From Mobula hypostoma (Eukaryota), in contig NC_086104.1 in NCBI RefSeq assembly GCF_963921235.1, forward strand, positions 40,424,001 to 40,488,000: 64,000 nucleotides of DNA, in the 5' to 3' direction. Position numbers and translations under genes: made by a program. Below the pieces are notes generated by a model. It was not told the DNA's origin. It ran no database searches and saw only the letters and a list, made by a program, of their open reading frames with translations. Positions 1 to 13,355 of the stretch are shown piece by piece. The stretch's first letter is position 1, and every line of letters begins with the position of its first letter.

Positions 1-372
1 GCCCTCAAACATTTCGTGATATTTAAAGAGCTGAAAACTAGTTGGCTTGTGTGATGATAGGGCTCTCAGGAGGAGGCCACGATGGATCATCCAATTGGCA
101 TATCTAGCTGAAGACGGCTGCAAATACTTCAGCCCTGCCTTTTAAACTCACATGCTGGGATCTGCCATCGTTGAGGATCAGCATGTCCATGGAGCCTCCT
201 CCTCCTGTTGATGGTTTAACAGCCCTTCACCATTCATTCATGAGTGGATATGACGTAACTGCAGAACTTTAATCTCATCCATTGGTGTGGGGATTTTAGC
301 TCTCTCTATAACATGCTGTCTCCGCTGCTTGGCATGCATGTGGCCCTGTGTTGTAGTTCACCTGGTTGGCAC
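1..372 (-). mobile_element. Degenerate LINE ORF2 fragment (region between endonuclease and RT)
   Basis: The frameshifted minus-strand reading gives TGGGGSMDMLILNDG...AEVFAAVFS...DDPSWPPPE, resembling a LINE ORF2 linker common in elasmobranchs. Confidence 0.55.
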
Positions 373-670
373 AGTAAAAGTTAGCAAATTTAATATTTTT
401 GTCTTCATAATGCTGTAAATACTTAGTTTATTGGAGAAGGCAAATATATGGATGAAAGTTTTTTTAAATTCATTTACAATTCATTTATTCCTCTTCTGGT
501 CTCTATTTTTGGTAGCTAATGCTCATTGGCCATTTCTGATTGGAGATTTTTTGAACTTGTAATTGGTAGTTTTCATGCTTCCCTTGTTAAATGCTGACCA
601 CCAAGTTTTGTAACTATTTCAATGTTCAAAATAAACACATAATTTAATTCATAAATACAAGAGATTCTGT

Positions 671-768
671 TGACCTGAGGAAGGGTCTCAGCCCAAAACG
701 GCGACTGTTTATTCCCCTCCACAGATGTTGCCTGACCTGCTAAGTTCCTGCAGCACTTTGAGTGTGTT
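671..768 (+). mobile_element. Penelope-like element terminal fragment with decayed hammerhead motif
   Basis: ctgaggaagggtctcagcccaaaacggcgactg...gatgttgcctgacctgctaagttcctgcagcactttgagtgtg matches the terminus of the RT/GIY-YIG element at 36595-38505. Confidence 0.75.
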
Positions 769-1415
769 CAAGTAATTTAATTCAATCATATACACAGTGT
801 TATGAAAAGCTGCATTTTGTTATATTTGTCTGTTAGCTTAACTCAATAGGAAAATAAGGCAAAGGCAAGTCTCTTTTCTAAGCAGTGTTAAATTTAGTGT
901 ACACTGTTTATAATACTTCGCACATCTATAATGCTCCTCATTTATGTTTCCCACATGGTGAACAGATGTTTCTGAACCACCTGTTACAGAATACCCGAAC
1001 TATTTTTTAAATATTGAACTGGTTCACTTATCTAACCAAATACCATCCTACTTTATCTCCTTAGACAGAGGATCTCTGCCCGGCCCAAAACAACACAAAT
1101 TCTGTTTGCTGTGTCAGAAATATATTTTAATGTCCACAGTAACTCAGTGATAGTTGGAATGATACTCAAGTTAAAATAAAAGCCTGTGTCGCTATATGTT
1201 CCATCATTTGGATGCGATAATACAATGAAGACCCATTTACACTGAGAAACAGACAATCATCCAATCTAAAAGGCTGAGGAGCCATTCCTATATTCTGACC
1301 AGCATTTAATCCTCCATTAATATAACTAAATGTATCAATTATTGTATTTTTTCCTATATTTTATGGGAACAGGCTATGCACAACTTGGTTGCAATGTTTC
1401 CCTATAACGACTGAT

Positions 1416-1461
1416 GGTACTTCAATGTAGATACTTCGCAAAATATCTACATTGAAGTACC
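1416..1461. repeat. Perfect 18-bp inverted repeat with 10-nt loop
   Basis: ggtacttcaatgtagata-cttcgcaaaa-tatctacattgaagtacc. Confidence 0.95.
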
Positions 1462-1859
1462 TTTTTTACTATTTTCTTGGAGATAACCAAAGAAACTGTG
1501 TGCCTCCTTAAGACTTAATGAACCTTACCCTACTGCAAAGATAACTTCTCGACTTAATGTTTGAATTTGAGTGATACTCCATAACTCATGGTCAATATTT
1601 GCATTATTTAAGGAAGATGTCTTGTTATATTAACATATTAATTATAATATCTTGTGTTGGTTGGTCACTGAAGTTGTACAGCAATTTATTTAAAAATTTT
1701 TCATGAAGGAGATTATATTCAGAAAACTAAAATACTGTGGATTCCGGTTAAGTGGGCCATAAGTTAAATGTTGGATGTAATCCTAACCATATTGTGGCAC
1801 AGCTTCCAATATTTATAAGAATCACCTTGCAATCAAATAATAAGGACAATTAGGGGACA

Positions 1860-4800
1860 CTAAAATATCTTGAGGAAAATTAGAGCTGTTGGGGAGGATT
1901 TAAACTAATTTGGCAGGGGGATCAGAACCGGAGTGATAGGGCTGAGGATGGGATAGTTGGTAAACGAGTAGATGTAGTGTGTAGTGAGACTGAGAGGAAG
2001 AATAGGCAGATGATAGGGGAAAATTGCAGTCTGTGGGATGAGCTGAAGTGTAACATGGGAGCATAATCAAAAAGGACGATAAATCTAAGACTGAAGGTGT
2101 TATATTTGAATGTATGCAGTATATAAAATAAGGTAGATAATCTTGTAGCACAATTAGAGATTGGTAGGTATGACTCTGTGGGCATCACTGAGTTGCACCT
2201 GAAAGAAAATCATAGCTTAATATCCAAGGATACACATCGTATCAAAAGGACAGGCAGGTAGACAGAAGGCATGGGGTGGTTCTGTTGGTTAAAGATGAAA
2301 TTAAATCCTTAGAAAAAGGTGACAGAGGGTCAGAAGATACAGAATCCTTGTGGGTAGAGTTAAGAAAGCACAAGGGTAAACAGACCCTGATGAAAGTTAT
2401 ATACAGCCCTTCGAATAGTAGCCAGGATGCGAAGCACAAATTACAACAGGAGATAGAAAAGGCATGTAAAAAGGGCAATGTTATGATCGTTCTGGGTGAT
2501 TTCAATAAGCAGGTAGATTTGGATCCTAAGAGGTAGAATTTGTGGGGTACCTATAAGATGGCTTTTTAGAGCAGCTTGTGGTTGGGCCCAGAATGGGAAA
2601 ACAATTATGCATTACGTGTTGTGCAACCAACCAGATTTGATTAGGGAATATAAGGTAAAGGAACTCTTAGGAGACAGTGAACATAACATAGCATAATAGA
2701 ATTTGAAAGGAAGAACCTAAAATCAGATGCATCAGTGTTATAGTGGTGTAAAGGGAATTACAGAGGCATGAGAGAGGAGCTGGCCAAAGCTGATTGGAAG
2801 GGGACACTAGCAAGAATGACGGCAGAATAGCAATCATTGGAATTTCTGGGAGCAACTCGGAAGGCACAGGGTAGCTACATCCCAAAGATGAAGAAGTACT
2901 CTAAATGGAGGATGTTGCAACCACAGCTGATAAAGAAAATGGAAGATGGCACAAAAGCAGAAGATAAAGCATATAATACAGCAGACATTAGTGAGAAATT
3001 AAGAGGATTGGGAAGCTGTTAAAAACCTACAGAAGGCCACTGAAAAAGCCATAAACAGAGAAAAGAAGAAATATGAAGGTAAAATAGTCAATTCTATAAA
3101 AGGGGATACCAAAAGTTTTTCCAGATATATAGAGTACAAGAAAGGCAGGTAGATTTTGGACTGCTTTAAACTGACACTGGAGAGCCAGCAATGGGGGCTA
3201 AAGAAAAGGCAGACAAACTTAATAAATATTTTGTATCAGTCTTCACTGTGGAAGACACTAGAAGTATGCCAGAAATTCAAGAGTGTCAGCGAACAGAGTG
3301 AGTATAGTTCTTATTATTAAGGAGAAGGTGCTTCCGAAGCTGAAAGATTTGAATAGATACGTCACCTGGACCGATGGGATACACCACAAGGATCTGAAAG
3401 AAGTAGCTGAACAGATTGTGGAGGCATTAATAATGATCTTTCAAGAATCACCAGGTTCTGGAATGGTTCTGGATGGCTGGAAAATTGCAAATGTCACTCC
3501 ACTCTTTAAGGAAGGGAGGCAGAAGGAAGTTAGCCTGACTTCAGTGGTTGGGAAGAAGTTGGAGTCCATTATTAAAGATGAGGTTTCAGGATTCTTGGAG
3601 GTACATTATAAAATAGGCCAAAATCAGCATGACATAGCTTTAGAATTTTTTGAGAAAATAGTAAGCAGGATAGATGAAGGAGAGTCAGTGGATGTTGTGT
3701 ATTTAGATTGTCAAAAGGCCTTCGACAAGGTGCCACGCATGAGGCTGCATAACAAGCTAACAGCCAAACACGAGAAAATCTGTAGATGCTGGAAATCAAA
3801 TCAACACTTCCAGCATCTGCAGATTTTCTCTTGTGATTTGAATACTACACTGCAAAGTCTCTTTCAGAAATCCCTACCCTGAAGAAATTTAAATCCTCCC
3901 TTCAACAGGAGTTCAGTAAAGCCCTCTCTCACTGCTCTCCCTCTGTGATCTCTGCTGACCTCCAACTCTTCAACTAGGCGCTCACCCAGACAGCTATCTA
4001 TCACAATTGCTCGAACTTCTAGTAATTGCCCCCCCCCCCGGGAACATTCCCCATTCCTATTTCCCTCTCTCACCTTATCTCCTTACCTGCTCGTCACTTC
4101 CTCCAGTGGTCCTCCCCATTCCCTTTCCTGCATGGCCTTCTGTCCTCTCCTATCAGATTCCCCTTCACCAGCCAGCCCTTTATCTCTTTCATCAATCGAC
4201 CGCAGCTCTTTACTTCACCCCTCCTCCCCAGTTTCACCTATTACCTACCATCTTGTACTTCTTCCTCCTCTCCCCCCACCTTCTTACTCTGACTCCTCAT
4301 CTCTTTTTTCCAGTCCTCATTAAGGGCCTTGGCCTGAAATGTCGACTGTTTACTCTTTTCCATAGATGCTGCCTGGCTTGCTGAGTTTTGCCAGCATTTT
4401 GTGTGTGTTGCTAAGATAACAGTCCATGCTATTACAGGAAAGATACAAGCATGGATAGAAGATTGGCTGACTGGCAGGAGGCAAAGAGTGGGAATAAAGG
4501 GAATCATTTTAATGGTTCCTGGTGACTAGCAGCGTTCCACAGGAGTCAGGGCGGGACCCATTTCTTTTCACATTACATCAATGACTTGATGACGGAATTG
4601 ATGGCTTTGTGGCTAAGTTTGCAAACAAAATGAAGAAAGGTGGGGGGAAGGTAGTGTCAGAGAAGAATGGAGTCTGAAGAAGGACTTGGACAGATAGGAG
4701 AATGGGCTAAAAAGGGGCAGATGAAATACAGTGTAGGGTAGGCAAGTTTATGGTCAGGCAATTTGATGGAAGGAATAAAGACATAGATGATTTCTAAACG

Positions 4801-5265
4801 GGGAGAAAATTCAAAAGTCAGAGGTGAAAAGGGACTTGGGAGTCCTTGTGCAGGGTTTCCTAAAAGTTAACTTGCAGGTTGAGTAAGTGATAAGGAAGGC
4901 AAATGCCATGTTACCATTTATTTCAAGACGTCTAGAATATAGGAGCAAAGGTGTGATGCTGAGACTTTATAAAACATTCGCCAGACCACACTTGGGAGTA
5001 TTATGAGTGGTTTTGGGCCCCTTATCTAAAAAGAAGTACTGGTATTGGAGAGTGTGAAATGCATTACTACAGGCAGTTGAGGTCAAGTCATCATTGGGTA
5101 TATTTTAAGTGGAGTTTGATAGATTCTTGATTAGTCAAGGGTCAAAGGTTATGGGGAGAAGGCAGAAGAATAGGGTTGAGAAGGATAATAAATCAGCCAT
5201 GATAGAATGGCAAAGCAGATTCAATGGGCTGAATGGCCTAATTCTACTCCTATGTCTTACGGTCA
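1860..5265 (+). mobile_element. Degenerate CR1 LINE (ORF1 end, APE endonuclease, RT, 3' UTR), interrupted by a Penelope fragment
   Basis: ORF1 end RAVGEDLN*; APE motifs VLYLN, ESLWVELR, IVLGDFN; RT motifs WKIANVTPLFK and VDVVYLDCQKAFDKVP; 3' UTR gggctgaatggcctaattctactcctatgtctta; many stops and frameshifts. Confidence 0.9.
3766..4410 (+). mobile_element. Penelope-like fragment nested in CR1, with inverted terminal duplication
   Basis: Splits the CR1 at 'LHNKL'. Hairpin at 3769-3835; pyrimidine-rich UTR; terminus cagtcctcattaagggccttggcctgaaatgtcgactg...cagcattttgtgtgtg. Flanks aagctaacagcc/aagataacagtc look like a degenerate TSD. Confidence 0.8.
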
Positions 5266-5773
5266 CAATCAATTCAAAGTCTGATCAGAAAATAAAACTG
5301 AAGAGATGAACAAAAAAGTTAATGAACAGATTCTTTTAAAATATTGCACGTATACAATAGCTTTATGGAGATTAGTCATTTAACTGAAATACTAAATCCT
5401 AAGTAACATACTTACAATGGCATCAGCAAAGAGTGAATGAGAGTTGTCAATTGTACAGTCTGAACCAAGCAAATCATCCTCGTCTACCTGTAAAAATCAA
5501 ACCATCAGAGCTTCAAAATAGGATTGGGCAACACAAAAAAAGGATTTTTTTGAACAGAAAAGTTAGAAGCCAGAAAAGACATATTTCATCTTCACCCTTT
5601 GGTTCGCAATGGATAAAATATATGAAATTGTATGGACAGCATTTTTATGGGAGAATCATGCAAGCTCTCTAAATACATGCTGGTGACCATAGGCAAGATT
5701 TTTTTTTGTCATAGCTGAACAGAAAAAAGATATTCAGGGGATAATTCAGGGCCTATTTAAGTAGATATTCAGA

Positions 5774-7052
5774 ACTATTTAAGAAGGTTGGGAGGCAGCA
5801 GAAAGAAAACTATAGACAGGTTAGCCTGACATCAGTGGTTGGGAAGTTGTTGGAATCAATTGTTAGGGATGAGATTGCAGAATACCTGGAGGCATATGAC
5901 AAGATAGGCCAAAGCCAGCATGGTTTCCTGAAAGGAAAATCCTGCCTGACTAACCTACTGCAATTTTTTGAGGAGGGTAGACAAAGGAGATGTAGTAGAT
6001 GTGGTGTACTTGGATTTTCAGAAGGCCTTTGACAAGGTGCCGCACATGAGGCTACTTAGCAAGATAAGAGCCCATAGGATTACAGGGGAGTTACTAGCAT
6101 GGGTGGAGCATTGGCTGATCAGCAGAAAACAGAGAGTGGGAATAAAGGGATCCTATTCTGACTGGCTGCCGGTTACCAATGGAGTTCCATAGGGGCTGGT
6201 GTTGGGTTCGCTGATTTTTACAATGTATGTCAATGATTTGGCCTGTGGGATTAATGGATATGTGGCTAAATTTGCTGATGATACAAAGATAGGTGGAGGA
6301 GCGGGCAGTGTTGAGGAAACAGAGAGCCTGCAGAGAGACTTAGATAGTTTAGAGGAATGAGCAAAGAAGTGGCAAATGAAATACAATGTTGGAGAGTGTA
6401 TGGACATGCACTTTGATGGAGGAAATAAATGAACAGACTATTATTTAGATGGAGAGAGAATCCAAAATGCCGAGATGCAAAGGGACTTGGGAGTCCTTGT
6501 GCAGGATACCCTAAAGGTTAACCTCCAGGTTGAGTCAGTGGTGAAGAAGGCAAATGTAATGTTGGCATTCATTTCTTGAGGTATAGAATATAAGAGCAGG
6601 GATGTGATGTTGAGGCTCTATATGGCACTTGTGAGACCATACTTGGAGTACTGTGTGCAGTTTTGGGCTCCTTATTTTACTGACATTGGAGAGGGTTCAG
6701 AGAAGATTCACGAGAATAATTCCAGGAATCAAAAGGTTACTGTATGAGGAACATCTGGCAGCTCTTGGGCTGTATTCTCTGGAGTTCAGAAGAATGAGGG
6801 GGGATCTCATAGAAACATCCCGAATGTTAAAAGGCCTGAACAGATTAGATATAGCAAAGTTATTACCCATGGTAGGGGAGTCTTGGACAAGAAGGCATGA
6901 CTTCAAGATTGAAGGATGTCCATTTGATGCCAGGGCATCAAAGGGTATGGGGAGAAGGCAGGGGAGTGGGGATGGAAGAATTGGATCAGCCCATGATTAA
7001 ATGGCGGAACAGACTCGAATGGCCTACTTCTGCTCCTATATCTTATGGTCTA
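5774..7052 (+). mobile_element. 5'-truncated CR1 LINE (RT to 3' tail)
   Basis: [53 protein letters not shown]; tail tcttatggtct; possible TSD attcaga (5767-5773 / 7053-7059). Confidence 0.9.
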
Positions 7053-7396
7053 ATTCAGACAGAGTTCTGAGTATTCAAGGGGAATCCAAAGCCCCATAAG
7101 TACAATCAATCACTCCGGGAACCACCAGGAAACCCCCAATCCTGGAAATCTCAGTATCCATAGCCTAATGGCCCTTGTTCAAGTAAAAGGAGACAAAATC
7201 TATTTTTCTTGAGCAGAGAGCATAAGACCTCCATAATATTGCATTGTCCAATAAACTGGCATGCATATCACAAATTAATTGTATCACCTGAAATGATCCA
7301 GAAATTCCCAGTGATGGTGTTCATAATTCACAGAGGTACAGGTATCTATCTGGAGCTCAGACAACAAAAGTCAAGGGTATCTCCACCACTGAGGTA

Positions 7397-9321
7397 CAGT
7401 GCCTTGAAATAGTATTCGGCCCCCTCATATAAACTCTTCTCCCTCCTGCCATCTGGCAAAAGGTACCGAAGCATTCGGGCTCTCATGACCAGACTATGTA
7501 ACAGTTTCTTCCCCCAAGTCATTAGACTCCTCAATTCCTAGAGATAGTCTGACAACAACCTACACACACACACACACTCTCTCTCAACTGAACACAACTC
7601 CACTCCCTTTGCAATTTTTGCTCATTTCTTTCTTAATTCTTGCTAAAACATTGTTTACATTTACATCATTTATTACATTATAATTTGTCCTTTACTGTGC
7701 CTATTGTCTTATCTATTAATTATTGTACTGTCTTGCACTGTTTTGTGCACTTTATGTAGTCCCGTGTAGGTCTGAAGTCTAATGTAGTTTTGTGTTGTTT
7801 CAGGTAGTCCAGTGTAGTTTTGTGTTGCTTCATGTAGCACCATGGTCCTGGAAGAACGTTGTTTCATTTTTACTGTGTACTGTACCAGCAGTTATGGTTG
7901 AAATGACAATAAAAGCGACTTGACTTTTCACATTTTATTGTCTCATTTTCTAAATTTAAAAGTAGAATTTTTTGGGCTAATCATCGAGCATCATGTCAAA
8001 TCAAAATAAAAATTCCAAATCCTGTCAACAATTAACTAAAAATTAAAAACTATAATTGTGAGGCTGAAAAGTATTCATCCTTATATTATTACTATACTAA
8101 CTTTTCTCAGGTGCAATATTATTACCTTACCAACTCACTCAATTTGTTGATGTAAAAAATTGGAGGATCACCAGTTTTCAATGAATTCATAATAAATAAC
8201 CCCTCCTCTGTAAGGTCCAACAGTATGGTAGATCTTTAATAGACCAAACCAAAATGAAGACAAAAGAGCATTCAAAACAAGTTAGGGAAATGATAATAGA
8301 GAAGCACAAACCGAGGGAAGGGTACAAGACCACCTCAAAGGCACTGAACATACCTCAGAGCTCAGTGCAGTCCACTGTAAAAAGTGGAAAAAATATGAAA
8401 CTGCAGCCACACTGCTTCAGTCAGGCCACCCCTACAAACTTAATCACTAGAGAAGAATGCCACTTGTAAGAGGTGACTGCAACAGCAACAGTCACTCCAA
8501 GTGAGCGGCAGAAGTCAGTGGCTGCAACTGGAGATTAAGTTTATGGCTCCAAATTCTCTAAGGCTTTGCACAAAAAAGGGTATTTAAGTGGCAAGGAAGA
8601 AGCCTTAGCTTTAAACAAAAAGCAAGATACTGTAAAGACATCGAAGAGTGTCTTGTGGTCGAATGAACTAAAGTGCAACTCTTTGGTCTCAATACTATGT
8701 AATATGTGTGGCGTGAATCTAATACTGGGTATCAGTCAGGTCACACCATCCCCACTGCAAAGTACTGTGAAGGTAGCATACTATGAGGTACTTTTCAGTA
8801 CCAGGGTCTGGAAATCTGGTCAGGATTGACGGGAAGATGAATGCTGTTAAAAACCTGCTAGTGTCTGTCAGAAAGCTTAAACTGGGGAGGAAATTAGTCT
8901 TTCAACAGGACATTGACCCAAAGCACACTGCCAGAGCAACCATGGAGTGGCTTCAAATGAAGAAAACTTTTGTCTTTGAGTGGCCCAGTCAGAGTCCTGA
9001 CTTTAATCCAATCAAATATCCCTGGCAAGACCTCAAGATTGCCGTCCACTGCCACTCCCCAAATAACCTAGCACAGCTCAAGCAATTTTGCAAGAAAGAA
9101 TGGGCAACTCTTATCCAAAAAGACTACTGGCTGTAATAGCTACGACAAGCGGTTCAACTAAGTACTGACTTTCCAATGCTTTAAAATCTTCCCTGTTTTT
9201 AGGGCTCTCCTGTGGAAAAAAAGAACATGTGATCCACAAATAAAAATTGATTAAAATCCCTGGTTGTAATACTCATTAATGTGAACATAGGATTGGGGGC
9301 TGGATACTTTAACAAGGCATG
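7397..9321 (+). mobile_element. Tc1/mariner DNA transposon with decayed DD34E transposase
   Basis: TA-flanked imperfect TIRs (cagtgccttgaaatagtattcggcccc / gggggctggatactttaacaaggcatg). Transposase remnants at about 8254-9167: HTH GYKTTSKALNIPQSSVQS, VLWSNE, FQQDIDPKH, WPSQSPDFNPI. Confidence 0.9.
7425..7925 (+). mobile_element. Rex1/Babar-like LINE 3' fragment inserted next to the Tc1 left TIR
   Basis: Reads LFSLLPSGKRYRSIRALMTRLCNSFFPQVIRLLN; ends aataaaagcgacttgactt; Tc1 sequence resumes after it. Confidence 0.75.
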
Positions 9322-10017
9322 TAGATAACCTCGACTTCCAGAAACATTTCTCTTCTAAGAACTGGAAAAAAGGAGAAGGAGTGCGGCTTCCAGGACACTC
9401 TTGGGTCTTGGGTGGGGGATCTTTGTATGTCAACCTAATACCATTAGAATCCAAGTACGTCTGTCCTGACTCTGCTTGGCCTGTCCTCCCAGTTCAAAGT
9501 TTCCAAATACTTTTATAATCAAAGAATGTTTAAATTATACAACATTTAAGATTCGTTTGCTTACAGGTAGCCACATTTAGATTATGAGGCACAATTAGCA
9601 AGGCCACAGCAAAAACATCGACCACAATGAGATAATGCGGAGAAATGGCAATGTAGCTCAACATAAAACTGTCTTTCAATTTGGCTGGACTACTGAATAG
9701 CTAGTTAGCATCTACAGTCCACTGCAGCAAACCTAAAAATTCAATTACATTGCACTGAAAAGCATATCACTATATAATCCATTTTCTAGGTCTGTCCCTT
9801 TTTGAATTCATAATATCCATCAATATTTTCAATAAAATTGCTGCAAAATTTACCACTGAGCATAAAGCATAACTCAGTAGATGATCCATGAACCATGGTC
9901 ATTTCTTATTTTAAAATATATTTTACACCATCTAGATACACTTGACAATTAAATTTGTAACATAGCAGTGAATAAATTAATAAATTACATTTTCAATAAA
10001 CACAAAAAAATACTTAC

Positions 10018-10066
10018 TTCTTGACTACCAGATCCATGCAGAAAATCATTCAATGCCTGCACATCA
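10018..10066 (-). CDS. BICRAL: BICRAL (GLTSCR1L) second coding exon, 49 nt
   Basis: ctcttttttaatag|T GAT GTG CAG GCA TTG AAT GAT TTT CTG CAT GGA TCT GGT AGT CAA GAA|gtaagta gives (G)DVQALNDFLHGSGSQE, matching the BICRA/BICRAL N-terminal DPQALNxFLHG motif. Phase fits the exon at 15636-15676. Downstream exons were not found and probably lie left of the window. Confidence 0.9.
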
Positions 10067-11159
10067 CTATTAAAAAAGAGTAATCAATGAATTGACATTA
10101 ATTATTTCAGTACATGATCATTACCAAGATAATAAAATGCTGATGCTTACTTTACAAATATAAATCCTAATGATATTTTTTAAATAGACTGAACTCAACC
10201 ACTAACATAATACCTCCCCCATAGCATGACATGAAAGTGATTGGCTGGGCACTAAAGCCTCATTAAATCCACACTTCTAAAAAGTATTAATTACACGGAG
10301 AGTAGAATTTTTAATTTGGTAGAGGAATTAAAAGGAGAGGTTTTTGAGCCTGAAATCTCTGGGACTATAATGTAAAGCAATGTTCTGTCATTTTGAAATA
10401 AGGGTAGGAAATCAAGGTGATGGTTTGGATTTCAGTAGCAAGCATACCCAGTGAATATTATAAACACAGTAATCATTATAATTGTATGAAAGTGGATCTC
10501 AAAATATCTGAAGTGCAGTTAAGAAGGATCAGGTCAAAATCTTTCTTAATTGCTCTCTGAATATTCAAGCTAATTCTATCTGAGGCTACGTTACAAAACA
10601 GCTGAAGTGGTAGAACACAAGATGAAAAATGTGAAGCATGTGAAGATTTTGTCAAAACATCTTTTAAATCTCCCCACACCATGGCAGAGGTGTAAAAAAT
10701 AGTGTATGCCTATTAAATGTCCTTCATTATGCTGAAGTGCAATTAACCACAATGAGTTTGAAAGTTAAAAACTGGGATTCTCTCTAACTTCCCCTACCTT
10801 CTTATGGAAAAGCATCTCACTTCTAAACAAACACTTCCCCTTAAGATTATGAAATCACGAATTCACTGGGCAGTGTTGGAGAGAACAACCCCTATTGTGA
10901 CATGGTGCATTGGCACACCAAGCTAATGCAATTAGGATTCCAAGTAACAAAGGTGCAAGCTACACAGAAAAGAAGGATGAGAGAGAAAGAGACAAATAGA
11001 AAGAACTGCATGTAAGAAAACAAACTGAATACAAATGAAGAACTATTGAAATTTAGAATAAAGAGTAATTCAGCTCCAGGCAGGTGAAGTTTAAAGATGA
11101 ACAATATTTTTCCTGTCAATAACACACACCTTATATATCTAAGATAAAGGATCAAAGCT

Positions 11160-11450
11160 AGGCAAATTCAGCCCACCAAGTCTTCGCCACCCTTTAATCA
11201 TGTTATCCCACCTTCTCCTAGGAATCTTTAATGCCCTTACCAATCAATACTTATCAACCAGCAAACAGAAAATGCTGGAGGAACTCAGCAGACCAGGCAG
11301 CATAGATGTCTGGTTTACATTCACCGAAAGACCTGGCCTTCACAGCTCTCATGAAATCAAATTCCAGATTCACTACCCTCTAACTGAAGAAAGTTCACCT
11401 CAACTCAGTTTTAAAGGTACATCCTTTTATTCTCAAGCTGTGTCTAGCCT
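11160..11450 (-). mobile_element. Old CR1 3' fragment with a short Penelope terminus inserted (~11260-11310)
   Basis: Reverse CR1 3' UTR similarity; aaaatgctggaggaactcagcagaccaggcagcat is the Penelope terminus. Confidence 0.55.
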
Positions 11451-11649
11451 AAGCGATGTTTAGTCCACACCACTTCATAGAGCTAAAATGGTATGCATTT
11501 TGGTAGGCATAAATTCCTATGTTTTTGTCAAAACAATCTAGTATCGTATATGAAATGAAAATGTTGTTTATTATTTTCTCAATATTAACTCTGAACATCT
11601 TTATAAAGTCATCATTTGTGGCAAAGCTTCTTGGAAAAAAAGTTTATTT

Positions 11650-13355
11650 ACATAAAATAAGGCAGTGGATGTGGTGTTTAAGGATTTTAGTAAGGCCTTT
11701 GATAAGGTTCCTCATGGAAAACTCATTCAGAATGTCAGAAGACATATGATCCAGGGAAACATGGCTATGTGGACTCAGAATTGGCTTGCCAATAGAAAGC
11801 AGATGGGTGGTGGTAGATGCAGTGTATTCTGCTGGAGGTCGTGACCGGTGGTATTCCACAGGAATCTGTTCAGGGACCCCTGCACTTTGTGACTTAAATA
11901 AATTACTTGGATAATGAAGTAGAAAGGTGGGAGATGACACGAAGGTTGGAGGAGTTGTGGATATTGAAGAAGTTTGTTATAGGTTGCAGCAGGACAATGA
12001 TGTAGAACTGAACTAAGAAGTGAAAAATGGAGTTCTCCAACCTGGAGAAGTATGGGTCGATTCAAAGTTCAAATTATTTTTTTTAATCAAAGTACATATA
12101 TGTTGCCATATATTACCTTGAGATTCATTATCTTGTAGGCATTCAAAGTAGAATAAAGAAATACAATAGTCAATGAAAAACGATACAAAGACTGAAATTA
12201 TCAATGTGCAAAAGAAGATAAACAGTGCATAAAACATATCATAAATAACACCGAGGGCATGAGTTCATAGGTCGTGGAATCAATTCAGAACTGAGATGAG
12301 TGAAGTTATCCACACTTGTTCAGAAGCTTCATGGTTGAAGGGTATTAACTGTTCCTGAACCTGGTGGTGTGGATATAAGGCTCCTGTTCCTCCTGCTCGA
12401 TGGCAGCAGAAAGAAGAAAGCAAGGCCTGAATATTGGGGATCCTTAATGATGGATGCTGCTTTCTTGTGGCAGCACTCCTTGTAGATGTGCTCGATGGTG
12501 GGGAGGATTTTGCCTGTGATGGACTGGGCTGTACCCACCACTTTTTGTAGGCTCTTCCATTCTTAGGCATTTTCCATACCAGGCTGTGATGTGAAGTCAG
12601 GATACTCTCCAATGAACACACCTATAGAAGCTTGGAAGGCGGAATTTGAGTACAGGGGTAATGGTAGGACTCTTAGTAGTGTCGAGCTTGGGGTCCACAT
12701 CAATAAATCCCTCAAAGTTGCCTCGCAAGTTAATAGAGTGGTTAAGAAGGTAAAGGGTGTGATGGCCTTCATTAGTTGGGGGATTGAGTTCAAAAGCCAC
12801 GAGGTAATGTTGCGGCTCTATAAAACCCTAGTTTTTGAACCACACTTGGAATACTGTGTTCAGTTCTGGTTGCCTCATTATAGGAAGGATATAGTAGCTT
12901 TAGAGAAGGTACAGAGGAACTTTACCAAAATGCTGCGTTACTTAGAGAGCACATCTTATGAGGACAGGTTGAGTAAGCTAGTGCTTTTCTCTTTGGCCAA
13001 AGGAAGATGAAAGATGACTTGATAGATGTGTACACGATGATAAGAAGCATGAATTCCATGGATAGCCAGCCTTTATCCCAGGACAGAAATGGCTAATACC
13101 AGGGGGAACAATTTTAAAGTGACTGGAGGAAAGTATAGGGAGGATGTCAGAGGTAAGTTTTTCTTAAACACAAAGAGTGGTTGGTGTCTGGAACACCCTG
13201 CCAGGTCGTAGAGGCAGATACACAGGGACATTTAATAAACTCCTAGATAGGCACATGGATGATAAAAAAAAAAGGGACCTACCTTGGAGGGAAGGATTAG
13301 ATTGACCTTTGAGTGGGCCAAATGGTCTGTTCTGTGCCATAGTGCTCTATGTTTC
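11650..13355 (+). mobile_element. Degenerate CR1 LINE RT/3' region, split by a Rex1-like insertion
   Basis: VDVV..DFSKAFDKVPH at ~11665; [29 protein letters not shown] in 12591-13010; tail ctctatgttt. Confidence 0.85.
12060..12590 (-). mobile_element. Rex1/Babar-like LINE 3' fragment nested in CR1
   Basis: TAQSITGKILPTIEHIYKECCHKKAASIIKDP...LLPSSRRNRSL. Confidence 0.8.
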
